Shown: in pieces, positions 51,901 through 61,792 of the stretch
How the letters are laid out: each line of letters starts with the position of its first letter
How positions within the stretch are numbered: position 1 is the first letter of the stretch
Origin: Candidatus Parvarchaeota archaeon
Lineage (GTDB): Archaea; Nanobdellota; Nanobdellia; JAFCGN01
Reading direction: 5' to 3'
NCBI GenBank assembly: GCA_017608045.1
Contig: JAFCGN010000002.1
Coordinates: 24,596-88,595, forward strand
DNA length: 64,000 nucleotides
The notes under the pieces: model-generated
What the model was told of the DNA's origin: nothing
Seen by the model: only the letters and a program-made list of their open reading frames with translations
The model's database searches: none
Position numbers and translations under genes: made by a program

Positions 51901-52023
51901 TGATTGAAAACTTAATTCATTTGGTAATGTTAAATATGTTATTATTGTTGTAAGTGCTAATGCTATAAAAACCGTAGAAATAATGAAAAACTGAGATTTT
52001 TTGTTTTTTATCATATATACCAC
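48925..52023 (-). CDS. Large pilin-like/adhesin protein with class III signal peptide
   Basis: KNKKSQ-FFIISTVFIALAL; N/S/T-rich beta domains; repeated xxGPVxAxI motif. Confidence 0.75.
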   Translation of the reverse strand: MVYMIKNKKSQFFIISTVFIALALTTIITYLTLPNELSFQSFNSEQSLISRTEALGNSIISVMNNIYDFWWSPISTNRIKIVLKEENNLQFNSFTQIAQIDFPDDVDEESIRVIEEQKELPFSLRWLDLRNKIAEICFQTSISKGEEKKIFVYFNKKTDENHIESPKYLSQISINENTTDIIINTNHYEAKINKSAGGMLYYLSPKNYHQNLITNGKEYSIQTIFQCNNTEYKQSSENKPTITIITSGPVMANIRVSGEHGIAPGREFYTQDFYFYPDIIKIKTNVRWAETINCQASENNFIFDRINLNGSTLLGGSLYYKDNNTNIWDTYDYVEDRPGDWIDYYHSKQGIGILLINKTGYFSYYRNSTSENKFSDLIIKNDTLFQPSSVEYEYILYPHREQWEKTRDYNFLNNKSKVLTNESFEEFFKDKEDFIKNSFSQKGFSTYLSIDTETVDQKYNYDTNWYRNDFTPNTRKVFKVYSKYQIQNFPLEVSGYFLKGIDANSLLISDESGRKITTQITTENIPSSTSEFNIFCQNPESIDYSNYTYYLFNYDGKNFTLGVDLEESANFNVSIFYPNKSAIIDNDVINTDKVYSIQSQNYKGFYKVVISGKNDNKYFKINSTLPYLVLYNKRIRCKSNDGVKKLYFHLPQNVKNIKINISSYDSNSRVKIKDLNGNIIAENNTIYANTMHSFNVPIKKYVNGKTYYLEFETSGSIEIVFDDTMYSSKSSSDEYYINYDKPKINLLFFDSLIGSKKYGIYYNTNDTEEEHSILTPLSFKSDLIINETNKIVNNTFFSWDLKNNIFLYKNSSNFFQSSDKWLTDFGNSSWKNFAASTTLNNITFIEKGPVRARIKATSNTNPKVIYYFDVYAYQKFIKVTAIPETTSENDLTIGPFWDLNNTELNIYTNYDNGVEVFSQENLTDKSSLAGKNYNWFGKRSNNILVSIISPSSSIFPSNKSFYANNNLLTIALPGNQNNSVYLFVDDYDNITQWENVKYFRNILINPPKINTLLFKATISGDSKNVKFKSEYY

Positions 52024-53099
52024 AAGTAAACTTTTATTTCAGCTTGATTTTCTTTTAAAGGAATAATTCTTGAAACACTGTATGTTGTTGTTGAGGGCAG
52101 TGATGCATATAATGGGAATGTTCCTTCTTTAACATTATTTTCTGCTAAAGTTAAATTAATATTTGTGTTGTTGCCTGATGTTATGTTTGAATAAGTATTG
52201 CTCTTTTTTGTATTTAATGAATATTGGAGAAGTAAATTCTTTTCTTCATTTGAATTTAAACTTGTTTTAAATAGAATATCTGCTCGCGAGCTTTTTTTGC
52301 TTGTTAATTTTAAAATTCTTACATAATTTTCATCTTTTTTATTGGTTAATTCCTGAATAAATCCTCTTTCTGTATTATTGAATGCTGTTGTGTTATCAGA
52401 ATAAAATAAATAAATTAATGCAGAATCTCCTGATTCAAGAAAAGGAATTTGAACTGTTATATTTGCACTAACATTATTCCAAAAACCATTTTTTGTTTCT
52501 AAATTATCTATGCTTAAAGGCACTTCTTTATTATCTATGAAAACAGCAAAACTCTCATTACTGAGTATGTTATTATCAAGAATTATAGGCAGATTTTTTA
52601 AAGTTATATTTTCTTTAACAAGATTACTGCTTCTATTATTTTCTATGGAAAAAACTATTTCATATGAATTCCATAAGACATTTCTTTCTATTGGTTTTAC
52701 GCCTTCACTTATAAAAATTGAGTTCTTATCTACACTTAATGGAAAATTATAAGTTAAGCTAAAATTACCTTCTTTGTTTTCATCACTCAAATTTTTTATT
52801 TTGAATTTAGTAGCATAAGTTATTTCAATTTTATGCGAACTTCTTACAGGAAGCAAATATGTTATTTCAGCATCAATACTTTTTAAATCATAGTTTTCAA
52901 GCAAAGTCTCTAAAATTCTGCTGTTATGCATTAAATTTATTATTGATGCTCCTTTGTAAATAGGATTTATTTTTAATTGCAAATTTTGCGTGTACACTTG
53001 GTTTGACATCCAATTCAATAATCCTAATAACAACATAGAAGATATGATTACTTCTAATAATCTCACGAATCCTTTTTTGTTCTTCATGATAGCCACCAC
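52011..53099 (-). CDS. Minor pilin-like protein (class III signal peptide)
   Basis: MKNKKG-FVRLLEVIISSMLLL. Confidence 0.75.
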   Translation of the reverse strand: MVAIMKNKKGFVRLLEVIISSMLLLGLLNWMSNQVYTQNLQLKINPIYKGASIINLMHNSRILETLLENYDLKSIDAEITYLLPVRSSHKIEITYATKFKIKNLSDENKEGNFSLTYNFPLSVDKNSIFISEGVKPIERNVLWNSYEIVFSIENNRSSNLVKENITLKNLPIILDNNILSNESFAVFIDNKEVPLSIDNLETKNGFWNNVSANITVQIPFLESGDSALIYLFYSDNTTAFNNTERGFIQELTNKKDENYVRILKLTSKKSSRADILFKTSLNSNEEKNLLLQYSLNTKKSNTYSNITSGNNTNINLTLAENNVKEGTFPLYASLPSTTTYSVSRIIPLKENQAEIKVYLWYI

Positions 53100-53884
53100 G
53101 TTCTTTGAATTATTTCAACAATTGTATTGCTTCCGTTTATATTCATTAAAGCATTACCATATAATTCTTGCTTATAACCAGCACCTCCTGAAGTGCAGGA
53201 TCCATTAATGTTTACACCCCCAATAAAAACTTTATCATGATTAATTCCGTAGATTCCTCCAATAAAAATAAAAAAAGGACTTATTTCTGAATCTGTTTTT
53301 AAAATAAATTCATCTACATCTCCTGATTTCACATTGCTTTTAATTGTGATTACATCATTTTTAAAAGCATCTTTTTCTAATGAAGCAGAATCAAGTGATT
53401 CTACTGAAGAGTTTTCCATAAACACATTGGAGTAGTATGGAAAAATTAGTGTTATTGTTAAATTATATTCTGTGGAATTGCTTCCTGTTAGGATATCTAT
53501 GTTTTCATTTTTTCTTAAAATTCTTATTTCACCATCTGTTTTATTTGGAAGAGAGGATAATTCATCCCATGCTGGCAGTTTAATCCCTTTTATGCTATAT
53601 ACTACTTCTATGCCGTTTAAGTTGCTTGCATTTGCATTACATAGTTTATATAAGCCATCATAATCAAATATTTTTGGGATGCTGTTTTGATAAACTTTTA
53701 AAGCATTTCTTTCATGAATTGAAAAATCAATTGTGTTAGTGTAAGGTGTTAAAAGGCTTGTTACATATTTTATGATAAATGCTATGAATACAATAAACAC
53801 TATGTATGCAAGCAGCAAATCAAAATCCACTTGTGCTTTACCTGACTTGAAGTGTAATTTCTTGTATAATACTTTTTTTATCAT
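53084..53884 (-). CDS. Minor pilin-like protein (class III signal peptide)
   Basis: KSGKAQ-VDFDLLLAYIVFIVF. Confidence 0.72.
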   Translation of the reverse strand: MIKKVLYKKLHFKSGKAQVDFDLLLAYIVFIVFIAFIIKYVTSLLTPYTNTIDFSIHERNALKVYQNSIPKIFDYDGLYKLCNANASNLNGIEVVYSIKGIKLPAWDELSSLPNKTDGEIRILRKNENIDILTGSNSTEYNLTITLIFPYYSNVFMENSSVESLDSASLEKDAFKNDVITIKSNVKSGDVDEFILKTDSEISPFFIFIGGIYGINHDKVFIGGVNINGSCTSGGAGYKQELYGNALMNINGSNTIVEIIQRTWWLS

Positions 53885-54947
53885 ATGCGATTATCACCAC
53901 AATATTATAATCTCCTATTTTTGAAGGTGCTTTTAAATCAACTTTAAAATCGCCTCTAGCATCTGTTATTGTTTGTATACTTTTATTCGCAAGAGTAATG
54001 TTAACAAGTGCTCCTTGTATGTTTGTGCCTTCTTTTTCAAAGTGTCCAATTAATTCAATGCTTTCTGAAGGATACGCAATGTTTTTTGACAAACTAACAT
54101 TTAATGAATAGTTTATTGGATATATAAAAATTAAATATGAAACTAAACCAATAATAAGCATTATTCCTGAATGCTTAACTCCTGCACTAAGCCTTCCTTC
54201 TTGAGTTTCTCCAGCAACAACTCCGTTTGCTACAGATTGAATTACTATTGTTAAAAAAAACAAAATTCTAAAATAATCTACTGATGGCAGATTTTCTCTG
54301 CTTAAAAATCCGGATATTCCGCTTTCACCATATTCTGTTGTCACTAATGGAATTAAAACAGTGAAAAGACCTATGAGAATGGCAATAAAAACAAACTGAA
54401 CAATATACATAACTGTTGTTTGTTGGGACATAATTGATGTTCTGTCTTTTTCAATATTAATTATTTGATTTGTGCTGTCAGCAACAGATGCCATTATTTC
54501 TGCAATATTTCCTCCAAAATAATATGCTTCCATAATTATTGATAACCCTCTTTGTATATGACTTGATTCTTTTGTTTCTTTTTTGAAAACCTTTATTGCG
54601 TCAGGAAGTGGAATGCCCCAACTCAAAAGATTATGAAATTTTTTTATATAAGGGGTTAATTCTCCAAAATCTGTTTTAGCAGCATTTTCTATTGCTTTTG
54701 GCAAAGTCATGCCTGCTTTCACACTTTCCGCTAAATTTCTCAAAAATTCAGGGAATTGCAGTTCAAGTGCTCTGATTTTTCTGGAATTAATATAATCTAT
54801 AATGAGATAAGGGAATGTTGCAATTATTAATCCAAAAACTATGCTGTAAAGAAGTCCGGATAAACTGAATCTTGAAACAACAGAGCCTAAAACAAAAATA
54901 AGGATTCCTACTGCAATTGAAACCATTAACACTTTTTTCTTTTTCAT
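53838..54947 (-). CDS. Type II/IV secretion F-family (TadC/FlaJ-like) platform protein with C-terminal Ig-like extension
   Basis: FPEFLRNLAES.KAGMTL, FGELT, WGIP, GGNI; extra ...TDARGDF...GDYNIVV domain. Confidence 0.85.
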   Translation of the reverse strand: MKKKKVLMVSIAVGILIFVLGSVVSRFSLSGLLYSIVFGLIIATFPYLIIDYINSRKIRALELQFPEFLRNLAESVKAGMTLPKAIENAAKTDFGELTPYIKKFHNLLSWGIPLPDAIKVFKKETKESSHIQRGLSIIMEAYYFGGNIAEIMASVADSTNQIINIEKDRTSIMSQQTTVMYIVQFVFIAILIGLFTVLIPLVTTEYGESGISGFLSRENLPSVDYFRILFFLTIVIQSVANGVVAGETQEGRLSAGVKHSGIMLIIGLVSYLIFIYPINYSLNVSLSKNIAYPSESIELIGHFEKEGTNIQGALVNITLANKSIQTITDARGDFKVDLKAPSKIGDYNIVVIIAYDKKSIIQEITLQVR

Positions 54948-54956
54948 ATTTTTCCC

Positions 54957-55823
54957 CTATGTTTCTGTAGGACTTATTGTTTTAAGCAAGAGCACAAACA
55001 CGCCTGATATGAACGGAAGTCCTATTGTTACAATTATCATTTGCACTAATTGTAATTGTTTGATATAACCTCCAAGCAAGCTCATAATTGTTGTGAGAAC
55101 TAAAGTAAATACAGTTCCAACCATGATGAGTGTTATATAAATTTCTAAATAAAGCGAAATGCTTCTCGTAAATTCTTCTAAAATCCTTCTATAATCATTT
55201 AACAAGCTTTTTGATTTTTCTTTTAAATAAACTGTTAAATCCCCACCACTTACAATAATCCCTCTCATACCCCATAATAGTTCATTTAATTTTTTTGAAG
55301 GACTTGTTTGAACAACTTTTTCAATAGCCTCATTTACGTTCATTCCAAAAATTTCAATATCTCTTGTTATTCTTTTGCTGATTTTTGCTATTTCTCCGAA
55401 TTCACTAAAATTTCCAATTACAGCAAATATTTTTTGCGGAGGCAAACCACTGCTGCTTATAGTTGACATGTAATTTGCAGCAAAATACAAATTATTTTCA
55501 ATCTTTTTTTTTCTTGTATCTTCTAATTGAGATGGATAAATTATGAAAACAACAATAGTTATTAAGGAAATAAATAAAGATAGAATAAAACCACCTATAA
55601 TTGCAATTCCAATACTTCTAATTACAAAGAAAAAAATAAAACCTCCAATACAAAAAACGCTTATGGATAAAATGATTGTTGTGAGGACAAGCATTGAGAA
55701 GTACTCCTCTATTGTATAATTAAGGTCTGCTTGTTTTAAGTCATCTTTTAAATCTTCTATAAGGTATGCATACTTATTTGAAAATTTTTTTAGCATTCTA
55801 TAACTTATTTCTGCATAACTCAT
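54957..55823 (-). CDS. Type II/IV secretion F-family platform protein
   Basis: DLKQADL, SSGLPP..IF, FGEI, SPS..L.ELL, SGGDL..YL. Confidence 0.87.
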   Translation of the reverse strand: MSYAEISYRMLKKFSNKYAYLIEDLKDDLKQADLNYTIEEYFSMLVLTTIILSISVFCIGGFIFFFVIRSIGIAIIGGFILSLFISLITIVVFIIYPSQLEDTRKKKIENNLYFAANYMSTISSSGLPPQKIFAVIGNFSEFGEIAKISKRITRDIEIFGMNVNEAIEKVVQTSPSKKLNELLWGMRGIIVSGGDLTVYLKEKSKSLLNDYRRILEEFTRSISLYLEIYITLIMVGTVFTLVLTTIMSLLGGYIKQLQLVQMIIVTIGLPFISGVFVLLLKTISPTET

Positions 55824-55840
55824 TTTTTCACCTAAAATAA

Positions 55841-57574
55841 TTATATTTGACTCATAACAAGTTCTGGGTTAATATAATATGCTGATATGTATTTACTCAC
55901 TTCCCTGTAATCATTTATATTATTATTTTTTAACCAATTAAGAAGCCTTATTCTGTTGTGCATATCTTGTTTTATTTGGTCTTCACTATAAGACATTTTG
56001 ATTCTTATTTTTTCAAGAAGAACAGATTTTTTTGATATGTACTTGTCTGTAGATGGATCCCAAACAAAAGCAATATTTGTTTTCAATTTTTGAGTTTTGT
56101 AATCATAACCCACAATTTCTAACACTTCTGCAACTCGTCTAACATAACTTCCTTCTCTTCTTATTAATTCAAGAAAAACAATTATGTCAAGGTTGTCAAT
56201 CATAGCTTTAGGAAGATTTATTGGTTTTGTTATAAGCCTGTCAATAACAGCTTCTATGCTGTCTGCATGAAGAGTTCCTAAACCAGAATGGCCTGTTGCC
56301 ATGCCTTGAAAAAGAACGTATGCTTCTTCGCCACGCACTTCACCTACAATTATGTAGTCAGGCCTTTGTCTTAATGAGCTTTTAAGAAGATTGAACATGC
56401 TTACTTGTCCGTATTCCTGTCTTCCGTATCCTCCTCTTGCTACAACAGGAACCCAATTTGGATGAGGAAGTCTTAATTCTGGTGTGTCTTCAATACTAAT
56501 TATCTTAAATTCTGGTTTAATAAATAAGCTTAATGCATTAAGAAATGTTGTCTTACCTGTTGCTGTTCCCCCACTTACTAGTATTGATAGTCTATTTTCT
56601 AATGCCATCCATAAATATGCAAACATTTCTGAAGAACCAGTGTTATAATTCAGTAAATCTGTTGGAGTCATTGGTTTTCTTGTAAATTTACGAATTGTAA
56701 AATTGCTTCCTCTTCTTGCTATGTCTGTGCCGAGTGTTGCTTGAACACGAGACCCATCTGGAAGGGATCCTTCTAACAAAGGATTTGCAATTGTTAATGA
56801 TTTTCCTGCTTTTTGAGAAAGTCTTAATACAAAAGAATCAAGCTCTTCCTTGCTTCTGAAAATAATGTTTGTTCTCATTTGTCCATACAAAGGGTTTCTA
56901 TGGTAAACAAAAATAGGGATATTTACACCATCACAACTTATATCCTCTATGTTATCATCGTGCATTAAAGGTTCTATTTTGCCTAAACCCATAAAATCCC
57001 TATAAATATAGTATTGCATTCTAATTTTTTGATCTTCTGTTAATTTATACCCTAATTCATCCATGATTTGATAAAATTTTTCAATTAAAAACTTAAACGC
57101 TTTTTCAAGTCTTATTTTGCTAAAATCAATATTCAATTTTTCTTGAAGCAAGTTTTTGCTTTCTTTTAAAATTTGTTCTTCATATTTGCTTAATGCAGGT
57201 TCCTTTAAGTTATATCTTAAAGAAGAAATGTTTGGGTCCCATATTATGTTTGCGTATACAAGTGTTTGTTGTGTGCCTTTGTATTCAATAGTAACAAGGG
57301 GGATTATTTCATTAATATTTTCCAATTGTTTTAGCTTTTCAGGAGTTAAAATTGTGGGTGTAAATTTTTTTTCTTCAACCCCAATATTTATTGTTTTAAA
57401 ATCTGTTTCTTCTGTTACGCCGCCTTCTTTTTTCTTTTTTTCGTTTATTTCTTCTTTTAATATTTTTTTTGGTTCTTTTATAATTTCTTTAGGTTCTTTT
57501 ATTTCTTCTTCTAAATACTTTCTTTTTTTAGCAAGAGCTAATTTTTTACCAACATTTCTTAATTTGAAACCCAT
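55841..57574 (-). CDS. Type IV pilus assembly ATPase (VirB11/TadA/FlaI family)
   Basis: IEDISCDG, FTIRKF, GGTATGKTT, SIEDTPEL, RQRPDYIIVGEVRG.EA, TGH. Confidence 0.93.
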   Translation of the reverse strand: MGFKLRNVGKKLALAKKRKYLEEEIKEPKEIIKEPKKILKEEINEKKKKEGGVTEETDFKTINIGVEEKKFTPTILTPEKLKQLENINEIIPLVTIEYKGTQQTLVYANIIWDPNISSLRYNLKEPALSKYEEQILKESKNLLQEKLNIDFSKIRLEKAFKFLIEKFYQIMDELGYKLTEDQKIRMQYYIYRDFMGLGKIEPLMHDDNIEDISCDGVNIPIFVYHRNPLYGQMRTNIIFRSKEELDSFVLRLSQKAGKSLTIANPLLEGSLPDGSRVQATLGTDIARRGSNFTIRKFTRKPMTPTDLLNYNTGSSEMFAYLWMALENRLSILVSGGTATGKTTFLNALSLFIKPEFKIISIEDTPELRLPHPNWVPVVARGGYGRQEYGQVSMFNLLKSSLRQRPDYIIVGEVRGEEAYVLFQGMATGHSGLGTLHADSIEAVIDRLITKPINLPKAMIDNLDIIVFLELIRREGSYVRRVAEVLEIVGYDYKTQKLKTNIAFVWDPSTDKYISKKSVLLEKIRIKMSYSEDQIKQDMHNRIRLLNWLKNNNINDYREVSKYISAYYINPELVMSQI

Positions 57575-57581
57575 AATTTAA

Positions 57582-58517
57582 TTATACAATCCTAACATTT
57601 ATATTATATTCGTTGGTGCTTAAGGTTCCTTGTGGTTTTTCAATTAAAGAAAGATAGATATTGTGATCTCCTGGACCTACAAAGCATTCTTTATCGCAAT
57701 TAAGTATTATTTGATGAGTATTGCCAGTATTTGGGTCTTTTAAAGGCCTGTAAACAAGTTTAAATTGGACAAAATATCTTTTATTGCTTAACGTAGCTTT
57801 TCCAATAATTATTCCTTCTGGGTCATCAGTTCCTAATTCTCCTGTTTTTAACATTTCTCTGCCAAGAATATTAACTCTTTTTCCGCTTTCATTTACATAA
57901 AATATTTTGAATGTTGTATTCCCTAAAATTATGGGTTCGTCAACATACCCGCAACTTTGATCACAATCAAAATTATTCATATCTTTTGTTAAACAAACAT
58001 AATCATAATAAGGTGTTTTTTCACCATTAAAAACAAGCACATTATATTCTTCTGTTTCCCCAGAGTTATATGTTAAATTAACTTCTCCTTTGTAAATATT
58101 TGTTTGTTTGCATTGCTTATATCCTGTTGACATAGCATTTAATGTATCAACAACATATTTTTCATTCGTATAAGGTCCTTCTACAAAATTAATTGGGCCC
58201 CAATCATATGTTGTTACTAATGGCACTGTTGTTATTGTTTTATAAACGAGCTCGCCATCATCATTTACTGATAAAGACTCTTCATCTTCTAAACTGATTT
58301 TTAAAGTGTTTGGAGAGCCAGTGTCTGCAACATCTTTTATTGCTTTATCAATTTCACTTAGTTTGTTTATTCTTGATTCAATTTTTGCATTATCACTTAC
58401 TTTTTGTATAAGTGGTTTTCCCCACACGTATGTAACACTTATTACAGACAAAAGAAGTCCTGTTATTAAAACAGTGCTGATTATTTGTGTTTGCGACTTA
58501 TTATTAATCATTCTCAA
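57582..58517 (-). CDS. Pilin-like protein (class III signal peptide)
   Basis: NNKSQ-TQIISTVLITGLLL...YVWG.PLIQK. Confidence 0.78.
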   Translation of the reverse strand: MRMINNKSQTQIISTVLITGLLLSVISVTYVWGKPLIQKVSDNAKIESRINKLSEIDKAIKDVADTGSPNTLKISLEDEESLSVNDDGELVYKTITTVPLVTTYDWGPINFVEGPYTNEKYVVDTLNAMSTGYKQCKQTNIYKGEVNLTYNSGETEEYNVLVFNGEKTPYYDYVCLTKDMNNFDCDQSCGYVDEPIILGNTTFKIFYVNESGKRVNILGREMLKTGELGTDDPEGIIIGKATLSNKRYFVQFKLVYRPLKDPNTGNTHQIILNCDKECFVGPGDHNIYLSLIEKPQGTLSTNEYNINVRIV

Positions 58518-58649
58518 TTTAAAATAAATCTTTCACAGAGTTATAAGGATTTCTAATAATAAGTTTTTGACATCTTATTAAATATTCTGTTATATATATC
58601 TTTTATATTTTAAGAAAATAAATAATAATTAAATAAAGAAAAATTAAGT

Positions 58650-59123
58650 TTAAGAACTGTCTGTAACACATCCTTTTTCTTTTGTTGTTCCGCCAATTGA
58701 AAGTTTTACGGTCCATTCAGATGATGCAGACATTGTAAATCCATATCCAATGATTTCCATTGTTTTTTGTTTTTCAAGTGTTGTGGAATCTACTTGCACG
58801 CTTTGATTTGTCACACCTGTTGTGCTGTTTAATAAGAAAATTCTTGTATCTGCATTTTCAAAAGCAGTTTTTCCTGAATTGTATACTATTACTCTTATTG
58901 AACTATTAGTTGGGTCAGTTGAATTGTAATCGCACACAGTATCAAGTATTTCAAATTCTTGGCTTTCAAGAACTTGTCCAATGAAATTTTCTGTATCAGT
59001 TTGTATACTACTCTGGACTCCAACAATCCAAAAATATGCTGCACCTGCTGCTGCAACTGTCATCATCATAAGAAGAACAACAGCTATGACAGGTGTAATA
59101 CCTTTTTTGTTAATATTTTTCAT
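58650..59123 (-). CDS. Archaeal type IV pilin (probable major pilin)
   Basis: KKG-ITPVIAVVLLMMMTVAAAGAAYFW. Confidence 0.88.
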   Translation of the reverse strand: MKNINKKGITPVIAVVLLMMMTVAAAGAAYFWIVGVQSSIQTDTENFIGQVLESQEFEILDTVCDYNSTDPTNSSIRVIVYNSGKTAFENADTRIFLLNSTTGVTNQSVQVDSTTLEKQKTMEIIGYGFTMSASSEWTVKLSIGGTTKEKGCVTDSS

Positions 59124-59130
59124 TTATTTT

Positions 59131-59382
59131 TCACCTTTCCAATAATTTTCTGATTTCTTGCAATTCTACTATAATAACTAATAATGCAATTAAAGACATC
59201 CATATCATTATAGACTCTACTGTTGTCCATGGGTTATACACTCCTATTTCTGCTGTATTTTGGCTAAATAATTGTGCGTTGTAAAACATAAAAAATCCGC
59301 CAAAAGTTATTAGTAAAAGCACTGCTAAACTTACTTTTTGGTTGAAGTTTGGTTTATTAAATTCTTTTTTCAAAAAAGCCAC
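59131..59382 (-). CDS. Small two-TM hypothetical protein
   Basis: Two hydrophobic helices; GTG start. Confidence 0.6.
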   Translation of the reverse strand: MAFLKKEFNKPNFNQKVSLAVLLLITFGGFFMFYNAQLFSQNTAEIGVYNPWTTVESIMIWMSLIALLVIIVELQEIRKLLER

Positions 59383-59450
59383 CTTTTATTGTGTATGTTC
59401 CTTATAAGCATTTAGTGATTTAAATAATTTCTGAGTAATGTTATTTTTTT

Positions 59451-59813
59451 TTATTTTAGTGCTTTTGTGAGCATCTCGCGAGTGTATTCTCTTGTAATGT
59501 GTTTGTCTATTGTTTGCAAAGCTGTAAGAAGTTCATCTTGCTTTGATACTAATGTTTCCATTGTTTCTTTTAAAGGAGTAATATAATCTACTTTTTCTTC
59601 CTCTTCTTGTCCTGCTTCTTCAAGAAGATCAATCATTTTTTTCAAGCTTTCTATTAAATCAATTTGTTTTATCATTAACTCAGTGATTTTGGACTGAAGA
59701 GTTAAATTTATGCTTATCATTTTTTCCATTTGTTCATTTACATTTTCTATTTGAGAATCTAATCTTCTAATATTTTGTTCTAAATCTCCTAAATCTATAC
59801 TGCTTTTTGCCAT
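59451..59813 (-). CDS. Hypothetical coiled-coil protein
   Basis: Heptad-rich acidic ORF. Confidence 0.65.
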   Translation of the reverse strand: MAKSSIDLGDLEQNIRRLDSQIENVNEQMEKMISINLTLQSKITELMIKQIDLIESLKKMIDLLEEAGQEEEEKVDYITPLKETMETLVSKQDELLTALQTIDKHITREYTREMLTKALK

Positions 59814-59901
59814 AATTCATTATAAAGACATAAAGATTTATAATAATTCCTAATTTTCAGAAAAATTACAAAAAATTTTAAAAAAAATATAAAAAATATT
59901 T

Positions 59902-61521
59902 TTAATACATTCCTTGTGGTGGCATTTGTGGATTCATTGGTTGGCTTTCTCTTTTGCTTGAAATAACATCGTCTATTCTAAGTATCATTATTGCAACCTC
60001 TGTTGCACTGGTTATTGCTTGTTGTTTAACTTTTAAAGGTTCAAGAACTCCTTCTTCCCACATGTCTATTGTTTTTCCTTTATTAACTTCTATTCCTTCC
60101 CATTTTTTACCATTTTCATGTTTTGATTTTAATTCAACAATGGTGTTTAATGGGTCTATGCCAGCATTTTCTGCAAGAGTTCTTGGAATTATTTCTAATG
60201 CTTTTGAAAATGCTTTTACTGCTAATTGTTCTCTTCCACTTATGCTTTCAGCATAATTATCAAGTTCTTTTGCTAATTCCATTTCAGGCGCCCCACCGCC
60301 TGCAACGACCATTCCGCTTTCAATTACTGCACTTAAGTCTCCTAATGCATCTTTTACTGCTCTTTCCACTTCATCAATTACATGTTCTGTGCTGCCTCTT
60401 ATTAGGATTGTTACTGCTTTTGGATTTTTGCAATCACTTATAAAAATCATTGATTCGCCTGCAATTTTCTTTTCTTCAACAAGACCTGCATTTCCTAAGT
60501 CTTTAGAAGTTGCTTCTTTTAAATTGCTGATTATTTTTGCTCCTGTTGCTTTGCTTAATTGTTCCATATCACTCTTCTTTACTCTTCTTGCAGCAAATAT
60601 TCCATATTTTGCTAAATAATGTTGCACTATGTCATCAATTCCTTTTTGACAAAATACAACTGTTGCACCTAATTCCTTTATGTTCTCTGCCATTTCTTTA
60701 AGCATTGCTTCTTCTTGTTGTATAAAATTTTTTAATTGCTCAGGACTGTTAATTCTTATTTGTGCATCGTTTTCTGTTTCCTTTACTTCTAATGCAGAGT
60801 CTAATAAGAGTATTTTTGCTGAAGGAACAGTGCTTGGCATGTTTGAATGAACTTTTTCTTTATCTATTACAACACCATGCACAAGTTCGCTGTCGTCTAT
60901 GCTACCTCCCGTTCTTTTTTCTACCTTAACATTATTTAAATCAATTACTATTTTGTCTTCTTTTTCTTCACTTACTTGTTGGATTGCTTTAACAATTAAT
61001 TCAGCGAGATGATGTCTTGATGCTTCAGCACTTTTACCTGTCATCGCTGTGATTGCTATTTTTTCAAGAATTTCTTTTTCATTTATGTTTATTTTTTCTC
61101 CTATTTTTTCAAGAACTTCTTTTGCCTTTATTCCTGCTAATCTAAATCCTCTTGTGAGAACGCTTGGATGTATATTTTGGTCTAACAATTCTTCTGCTTG
61201 TTTAAGTAATTCTCCAGCAATTACTACTGCGGTTGTTGTGCCATCTCCAATTTCTTCTTCTTGTGTTTTTGCTACTTCAACCATCATTTTTGCTGCTGGA
61301 TGTTCGATTTCCATTTCTTCAAGAATTGTAACACCATCATTAGTTATTACTACATCTCCCATAGAATCCACTAACATTTTGTCCATGCCTTTTGGTCCAA
61401 GTGTTGTTCTTATTGTTTCTGCTATTGCTCTTGCTGCAGCAATATTGGATTTTTGTGCATCTTTACCTTGTGTTCTTAAAGCACTTTCAGGTAAGATAAA
61501 AATAGGTTGTTGATTATTCAT
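59902..61521 (-). CDS. ths: Thermosome (group II chaperonin) subunit
   Basis: [39 protein letters not shown]; GAGGTG SD. Confidence 0.96.
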   Translation of the reverse strand: MNNQQPIFILPESALRTQGKDAQKSNIAAARAIAETIRTTLGPKGMDKMLVDSMGDVVITNDGVTILEEMEIEHPAAKMMVEVAKTQEEEIGDGTTTAVVIAGELLKQAEELLDQNIHPSVLTRGFRLAGIKAKEVLEKIGEKININEKEILEKIAITAMTGKSAEASRHHLAELIVKAIQQVSEEKEDKIVIDLNNVKVEKRTGGSIDDSELVHGVVIDKEKVHSNMPSTVPSAKILLLDSALEVKETENDAQIRINSPEQLKNFIQQEEAMLKEMAENIKELGATVVFCQKGIDDIVQHYLAKYGIFAARRVKKSDMEQLSKATGAKIISNLKEATSKDLGNAGLVEEKKIAGESMIFISDCKNPKAVTILIRGSTEHVIDEVERAVKDALGDLSAVIESGMVVAGGGAPEMELAKELDNYAESISGREQLAVKAFSKALEIIPRTLAENAGIDPLNTIVELKSKHENGKKWEGIEVNKGKTIDMWEEGVLEPLKVKQQAITSATEVAIMILRIDDVISSKRESQPMNPQMPPQGMY

Positions 61522-61792
61522 TTTAAAACACCTCACAATTTCTTGATTTTTAAAATCTGATTGTGATTTTTTAACTATCTTTTAAAAAATAAATCTCTCT
61601 TAAAAAGATTACTATTATGTGATTTTAGTGTGAGAATACTTTATTTACATTTATCATAAAGTTTATTAAAGATTATTAAATTAGATTTCATATGATTTTG
61701 TTAAGAATTTGTCCGACCAATTAACATTTACAACAATTTTTGTTCTAAAAATATTTTTAAATTAAACATTTATTTTTATTTGAGGTGTGTTT

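Noticed and set aside
55841-59123. Archaellum operon
   Set aside because: No FlaH, FlaF/G or archaellin-type sequence; two separate platform genes indicate a pilus
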